Positions 59,355-64,000 of a DNA stretch of 64,000 bases are shown here, piece by piece. Both the position numbers and the translations under genes were made by a program. The first letter of the stretch is position 1, and every line of letters begins with the position of its first letter. The stretch is from Planctomycetota bacterium (GTDB taxonomy: Bacteria; Planctomycetota; Phycisphaerae; Phycisphaerales; UBA5793): the NCBI GenBank assembly GCA_963205185.1, contig CAUJHZ010000025.1:74874-138873 (forward strand). Direction: 5' to 3'. Below the pieces are notes generated by a model. It searched no databases. It saw only the letters and a program-made list of their open reading frames with translations, and was not told the DNA's origin.

Positions 59355-59503
59355 TGGGCCGCCGGCGTCGAGTCCATTCCAGCTCGGGCGGCCAAATCGC
59401 GGCCGCCGGTATGGTTATCGACCGATGCGGTGGGCGGGTTGACCCGGCGCCGACGCAGGAAGTGCCGAACGGGTTTGTGGAGATCTCTCGCGCAGGGCGG
59501 GTT

Positions 59504-60148
59504 TCAGTTTCCGCCGCCGTTACCACCGCCGCGGAAGGAATTCTCCATCCACTGGGTCGGGGTGAACATCTCCGGTGTGCGCGAGTCGAGGTGGTGGTCG
59601 CCGAAGTAGAAGTTGGCCTTGCTGAGATGGCGGAAGGCGAAATTCTGCGCAACATCGACGATTTTGAAGTCGCTGCAGCCGAAGATGATGTCGCGCGAAG
59701 TCGAGTAGACCGAGAACCTCTCGCCAACCACGCGATAGTACATCCCGTAGCTGTTGACCTCGGTGCGCACGGCTTCGGGACAGGTCAGCTTCCAGTAGGC
59801 GGGCGGTTCGGGGGCCTGCTGCTCGAGCCGCTCGATGTTGACGGCGCCCCCAAGGCGGGAGTCACCCTCGACCCGGCGCGTCGGCGGTGGGCCGCTGCTG
59901 CCGTGGCTCCCGGTTTGCTCGGGCGAAGATCCACCGGAACTTGGCAGGTCGTAGGCCGAAAGGCCCCACGAATCGACCTTGGAAAGCGGGTCGAAGTGCA
60001 TGGTGCCGATCTGACGCAAGTTGTTCATGCACTCGATGTTGCGAGCGCTCGAACGGCTGCTGGACAGGCTGGGAGTGAGGATACTCACCAGCAGCGCCGT
60101 CAGCGCCATGAGAATCAGCATCTCCAGCAGCGTGAATCCCGCTCGCAC
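59504..60148 (-). CDS. Prepilin-type N-terminal cleavage/methylation domain protein (type II/IV pseudopilin-like)
   Basis: GTG start at 60146-60148 with GGGGGA 6 nt upstream. This gives (M)RAG/FTLLEMLILMALTALLV, a classic prepilin peptidase site. The longer track ORF would overlap the lysC start region. Confidence 0.7.
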   Translation of the reverse strand: MRAGFTLLEMLILMALTALLVSILTPSLSSSRSSARNIECMNNLRQIGTMHFDPLSKVDSWGLSAYDLPSSGGSSPEQTGSHGSSGPPPTRRVEGDSRLGGAVNIERLEQQAPEPPAYWKLTCPEAVRTEVNSYGMYYRVVGERFSVYSTSRDIIFGCSDFKIVDVAQNFAFRHLSKANFYFGDHHLDSRTPEMFTPTQWMENSFRGGGNGGGN

Positions 60149-60296
60149 CGTAGTTCCCCCTGATCTGGACGCTGAAATATAACCGCAGTTCCGCCCGAAC
60201 GGAAGTGGAAAAGTGGTTTGGAGGCAATATTTGTGTCGATTTGCCGCATATTCTTCACGCTTTCCGGACCTGCGGGCGGCCCCGAAGGGGTGGTTT

Positions 60297-61583
60297 ATGG
60301 GACTGAGCGTACTCAAATTCGGCGGAACGTCCGTCGCCAACCCCGATCTGATCCTCGCCGTCGCCCAGCGCATCGCCGACGTTCGGTCCCGGGGGAACCG
60401 GGTCGTGGTCGTCGTCTCGGCCATGGGCCACACGACCGATGAACTCGTCCGTCTGGGCGACGCGGTCAGCTCCAGCCCTCCTCGCCGCGAGGTGGACATG
60501 CTCCTCTCGTCGGGCGAACAGGTCTCGATCGCCCTGCTGGCGATGGCGTTGAATCAACTCGGCGTGCCGGCGATCAGCCACACCGGAGCCCAAGCGGGAA
60601 TCCGGACGACCGATTCGCACACCCGCGCGCGGATCCAGAGCATCGACACGGCCCGCATCCTGCGCGAACTCGACGCCGGCCAGGCCGTCATCGTGGCGGG
60701 ATTCCAGGGCGTGACCGAAGACGGCCAGATCACTACGCTCGGGCGCGGCGGCTCGGACACCACCGCCGTAGCGGTGGCGGCGGCCCTGGCCGCCGATTCC
60801 TGCGAGATCTTCACTGACGTCGACGGCGTGTACACGGCCGACCCGCGGCTTGTGCCCGAGGCGCGGAAACTCGATCGAATCTCGTACGACGAAATGCTCG
60901 AACTGGCGGTGCTCGGCGCCGGCGTGATGCACAGCCGGGCCGTGCAGTTCGGCCAGCGCTACCGCGTGCCCATCCATGTGCGCCACAGCCGCAAGAGCGA
61001 TCCGGGCACGCTGATCACCGAGGAGAATCCGGAAATGGAAAATGCATCGGTCGTCGGTTGCGCGCTCAAGGAAAATCTCGGGCGCGTCAGCCTGCGCGAT
61101 CTGCCTAACAAGCCGGGCGTGGATGCCGCGGTCTTCGTCGCGCTCGCGCAGGCCGACATCAACGTGGACGACATCATTCAGAACGAAGCGTCGAACCACG
61201 GCATGAACATGTCCTTCACCGTCGAGCATCGCGACCTGGCGGACATCAAGCCCGCCATGGAGCGCGTGCTGGCGGAACTCGGCCGCGGCGAACTCTCCAT
61301 CGACGTTGGCTTGTCGCGCGTCTCAGCCGTCGGCCTCGGCATGCGGAGCCACACGGGCGTGGCGGCAAAGATGTTTTCGGCGCTGGCTGATGCGGGCATC
61401 AACATCTTCAACATCACGACGAGCGAAATCAAAATCTCCTGCATCATCAACCGCAGCGAAGGGGAGAAGGCCATCAAGGCCGTGCATGCCGCCTTCGGTC
61501 TGTCGGGAGATCAGCAGCCGGCCGTGGACACGCTCACGCCGATGAACGCAGCGCGCCGCTCCACCGCCAACGCCGCCAACTGA
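60297..61583 (+). CDS. lysC: Aspartate kinase
   Basis: ATG 60297. VLKFGGTSV, VVVSAMG.TTD and GRGGSDTTAV motifs, plus C-terminal ACT repeats. Confidence 0.92.
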   Translation: MGLSVLKFGGTSVANPDLILAVAQRIADVRSRGNRVVVVVSAMGHTTDELVRLGDAVSSSPPRREVDMLLSSGEQVSIALLAMALNQLGVPAISHTGAQAGIRTTDSHTRARIQSIDTARILRELDAGQAVIVAGFQGVTEDGQITTLGRGGSDTTAVAVAAALAADSCEIFTDVDGVYTADPRLVPEARKLDRISYDEMLELAVLGAGVMHSRAVQFGQRYRVPIHVRHSRKSDPGTLITEENPEMENASVVGCALKENLGRVSLRDLPNKPGVDAAVFVALAQADINVDDIIQNEASNHGMNMSFTVEHRDLADIKPAMERVLAELGRGELSIDVGLSRVSAVGLGMRSHTGVAAKMFSALADAGINIFNITTSEIKISCIINRSEGEKAIKAVHAAFGLSGDQQPAVDTLTPMNAARRSTANAAN

Positions 61584-61589
61584 CCCGGA

Positions 61590-62828
61590 TCACGCGACCC
61601 AGCACCAACGCAGGAATCGAAGGGCGGCGCCCGATTCGACGGTCTCGGCCTGGATCGGCAACTCGATCAGCCCATCGGCAGCGGCAGTGTGAATGAGATC
61701 GCCGCTGCCGGCCCAATCGAGAACTTTCGCTTCGCCTGCGAGGCGGTGCCAGATTGCAGGTCGAAACGCCTGACGCCGGGCGTTGGCTCGCACCGGCGCA
61801 TGGAGTCGGACCGTCGTCCACGGCAGCGCCGGTTGCAGGCCCGCGAGCGAGCGAAGGATCGGCCAGAGAAACAGGTGCGCCGTGGCGAGCACCGAAACCG
61901 GATTGCCCGGCAGCGCGACAACGGCCTGCCCGCGAGCGCCGCGCCTTGCGCGGCCGACAAAGATGGGTTTGCCCGGTTGGATCGCAGCGCCGCGCAGCAC
62001 CGTCTCGACGCCCGCCGCTTCGAATGCGGCATGGAAACAGTCGCGCTCGCCGGCGCTAATGCCGCCGATGGTGACGAGCAGATCGTGCCCGCCCAGCGCT
62101 TCGGCAACAGCGCGATTCGTCGCCTCCTGTTCATCCAGCACATGCGCGGCGGCGCCGAGTTGCCCGCCCATCGACTCGACGAGCGCGCGGAGCATCGACT
62201 GGCCCGAGTTGCGGATCTGGTGATCGAGCACCGTCGGCGCATCGGGGGGCAGGACTTCATCGCCACTGGTCAGCAGCGCCACGCGCGGCTTGCGGAAAAC
62301 CGGAACCGAGGCGCAGCCGATCGTGGCGAGAATCCCCATGTGCTGCGCACCAAGCCGCGTAGCCGGCTCGAGCACGGCGCGCCCGGTCTTTGCATCCACG
62401 GCCCGCCGGTGCACGTTGTCCCACGGCCGGAGCGAACTGATGGTGAAGCGCACCGGCTCGCCCCGGTCGGACTGCTCGTGCGGAATGACCGCATCGGCAT
62501 CGGGTGGAAGCGGCGCGCCGGTGGCGATGCGCGCCGCCTCCCCGGGCGCGAGGTCCGGCTGCTGCGCCGAGCCGGCCGCCACCATACCCACGACGCGGAA
62601 CGTCTCAACGTGCCCGATGTCACTCGACCGCACCGCATAGCCGTCCATCGTCGCGCGGTTGAACGGCGGATAATCTCGATCTGCGGCGAGACGCTCTGCC
62701 AGCACGCGCCCGGCGGCGTGCGACAGCGGCACGCGCTCGATCTCATCAAGCGGCGCCACTGATTCGAGCGCCAGACCAAGCGCGGTGGCATAGTCCGGGA
62801 GAGTGCCTGACGGGCGCGGCGTATTCAT
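61590..62828 (-). CDS. moeA: Molybdopterin molybdenumtransferase
   Basis: Start at ATG 62826-62828. [17 protein letters not shown]-like [11 protein letters not shown] and LPGNPVS motifs. Confidence 0.88.
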   Translation of the reverse strand: MNTPRPSGTLPDYATALGLALESVAPLDEIERVPLSHAAGRVLAERLAADRDYPPFNRATMDGYAVRSSDIGHVETFRVVGMVAAGSAQQPDLAPGEAARIATGAPLPPDADAVIPHEQSDRGEPVRFTISSLRPWDNVHRRAVDAKTGRAVLEPATRLGAQHMGILATIGCASVPVFRKPRVALLTSGDEVLPPDAPTVLDHQIRNSGQSMLRALVESMGGQLGAAAHVLDEQEATNRAVAEALGGHDLLVTIGGISAGERDCFHAAFEAAGVETVLRGAAIQPGKPIFVGRARRGARGQAVVALPGNPVSVLATAHLFLWPILRSLAGLQPALPWTTVRLHAPVRANARRQAFRPAIWHRLAGEAKVLDWAGSGDLIHTAAADGLIELPIQAETVESGAALRFLRWCWVA

Positions 62829-62848
62829 CGGTGATATCGTATCGCACG

Positions 62849-63571
62849 ATGCCAGCAACGCCGAACAGCGCCGAAACTCTTGACGCACCGGGAAGGGCGG
62901 TCGTCCTGCTCTCGGGCGGGCTCGACAGCGCCACGGTACTGGCCATCGCGCGCCGTGACGGTTTTGCGTGCCACGCGCTGAGCATCGACTATGGCCAGCG
63001 GCACCGCTTCGAACTGGAATGTGCCGCCCGGGTTGCCCGTGCGCTGGGCGCCATCGACCACAAAACAGTCGCCGTCGATCTGCGCGCCTTCGGCGGCTCG
63101 GCGCTGACCGCCGACATCGACGTGCCGACGCACGAGCGGGTGGATGAAATCGGCAGCACGATCCCGATCACCTATGTGCCCGCGCGAAACCTCGTCTTTC
63201 TCGCGCTCGCCGTCGCGTACGCGGAGACGCTGGGCGCCTCTGACGTCTTCATCGGCGTCAATGCCGTGGACTACTCGGGCTATCCCGACTGCCGACCGGC
63301 GTTCGTCAGCGCGTTCGAGAACGTGGCTAACCTCGCGACGAAGGCCGGCGTTGAAGGTCGGCGCCTGCACGTCAACACGCCGATCATCGAGATGAGCAAG
63401 GCGGAGATCATCCGCACCGGCGCGAGCCTGGGCGTCGATTACGCGCTCACCACGAGTTGCTACAACCCGCCGGCGCCGATGCTTGCGTGCGGACATTGCG
63501 ATTCGTGCCTGCTGCGCCGGCAGGGTTTCGAGCAAGCGGGAGTGCCCGACCCCACCCGTTACGCTGGCTGA
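62849..63571 (+). CDS. queC: 7-cyano-7-deazaguanine synthase
   Basis: PP-loop [18 protein letters not shown], and the zinc cluster SCYNP...[13 protein letters not shown] 62849 is preferred over GTG 62831. Confidence 0.92.
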   Translation: MPATPNSAETLDAPGRAVVLLSGGLDSATVLAIARRDGFACHALSIDYGQRHRFELECAARVARALGAIDHKTVAVDLRAFGGSALTADIDVPTHERVDEIGSTIPITYVPARNLVFLALAVAYAETLGASDVFIGVNAVDYSGYPDCRPAFVSAFENVANLATKAGVEGRRLHVNTPIIEMSKAEIIRTGASLGVDYALTTSCYNPPAPMLACGHCDSCLLRRQGFEQAGVPDPTRYAG

Positions 63572-64000
63572 ACCTGTTCGCGCAATGAAAGCGAATTCGT
63601 GCGCATTGTCTCGCGCTGCTCGGCGAGGGTCTCGGGCGGCCTGGCGAACGTGTAGTTGAAGATGTCGGCGGCATCGGGCTTGGCGATGCCTTCCGCGCGG
63701 GCCACCACGCCGTTGACGTGCTCCTTGGCCCGGACCTCGAGCGCCTGCTGCTTCGAGTCGTCCCACGCACCGTTTGACTGCAGGTACTTTCGGAGGCGCA
63801 CGAGCGGATCGCGGCTGGCCCAGGCCTCGAGTTCTTTGGGGTCGCGGTAGCGCCGCGCGTCGTCGGCGGTGGTGTGGTCGCCCATGCGGTAGGTCACGCC
63901 CTCGATGAACGTCACTTTGAAGTCATTGCGGGCCCGATCCAGCGCCTCGCGAACGACTTTGACCACGGCGAAGATGTCGTTGCCATCCACCTGCACGCAA
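63559..64000 (-). CDS. 2-oxo acid dehydrogenase E1 alpha subunit (TPP-dependent), C-terminal part only; 5' end lies beyond the window
   Basis: VDGNDIFAV..., [17 protein letters not shown] and the downstream helical tail are typical of the E1-alpha C-terminus. It overlaps the queC stop convergently by 13 nt. Confidence 0.75.
   Translation of the reverse strand, partial: CVQVDGNDIFAVVKVVREALDRARNDFKVTFIEGVTYRMGDHTTADDARRYRDPKELEAWASRDPLVRLRKYLQSNGAWDDSKQQALEVRAKEHVNGVVARAEGIAKPDAADIFNYTFARPPETLAEQRETMRTNSLSLREQVQPA

Noticed and set aside
60149-60296. Lysine riboswitch or leader upstream of lysC
   Set aside because: The spacer is only ~150 nt and is shared with a divergent gene. I could not find the conserved L-box core elements by eye. 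An Rfam scan would settle it.
61689-63766. ORFs 61689..62762(+) and 62825..63766(-)
   Set aside because: They are antisense to moeA and queC respectively. The real genes have clear family motifs.

Overview
High-GC bacterial chromosomal segment with dense coding on both strands. Every real gene is shadowed by long antisense or off-frame ORFs, which I rejected on motif content and amino-acid composition. I support about 54 protein-coding genes, 3 tRNAs (Ala-UGC, Pro-UGG, Arg-ACG), one small IS200/RAYT-like transposase unit bracketed by perfect inverted repeats, and one REP-like palindromic intergenic region. I see no rRNA, CRISPR array, prophage or integrase.

The gene content suggests a Planctomycetota (Phycisphaerae-like) genome, but this is inference only. 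The supporting genes are a futalosine-pathway radical SAM enzyme, PEP-CTERM and prepilin-type N-terminal proteins, FG-GAP, Kelch and BNR propellers, a tricorn-type protease and an OlsF-like acyltransferase.

Most of the window is ordinary housekeeping or transport:
- a peptide ABC importer operon
- an ABC-2 exporter
- zwf-pgl, pabB, lysC, moeA, queC, hmgA
- a Na+/H+ antiporter

The parts most worth a second look are:
1. A translationally coupled operon: DinB-like, then NRDE/TANGO2-like, then an 874-aa membrane protein fusing alpha/beta-hydrolase, DedA and ATP-grasp. It is convergent with an OlsF-like aminolipid synthase (42.2-48.0 kb).
2. A visibly AT-richer islet of three orphan genes including an HNH nuclease (30.1-32.1 kb). 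An ~860-nt gap without a credible ORF lies on its left, and a VOC lipoprotein gene separates it from tRNA-Pro on the right.
3. The RAYT-like unit, inserted between a BNR propeller gene and a Gly-Gly-terminated MoaD/ThiS-like gene.
4. A degenerate QueC paralog far from the canonical queC.

All functional calls rest on motifs read by eye. No database search was run.
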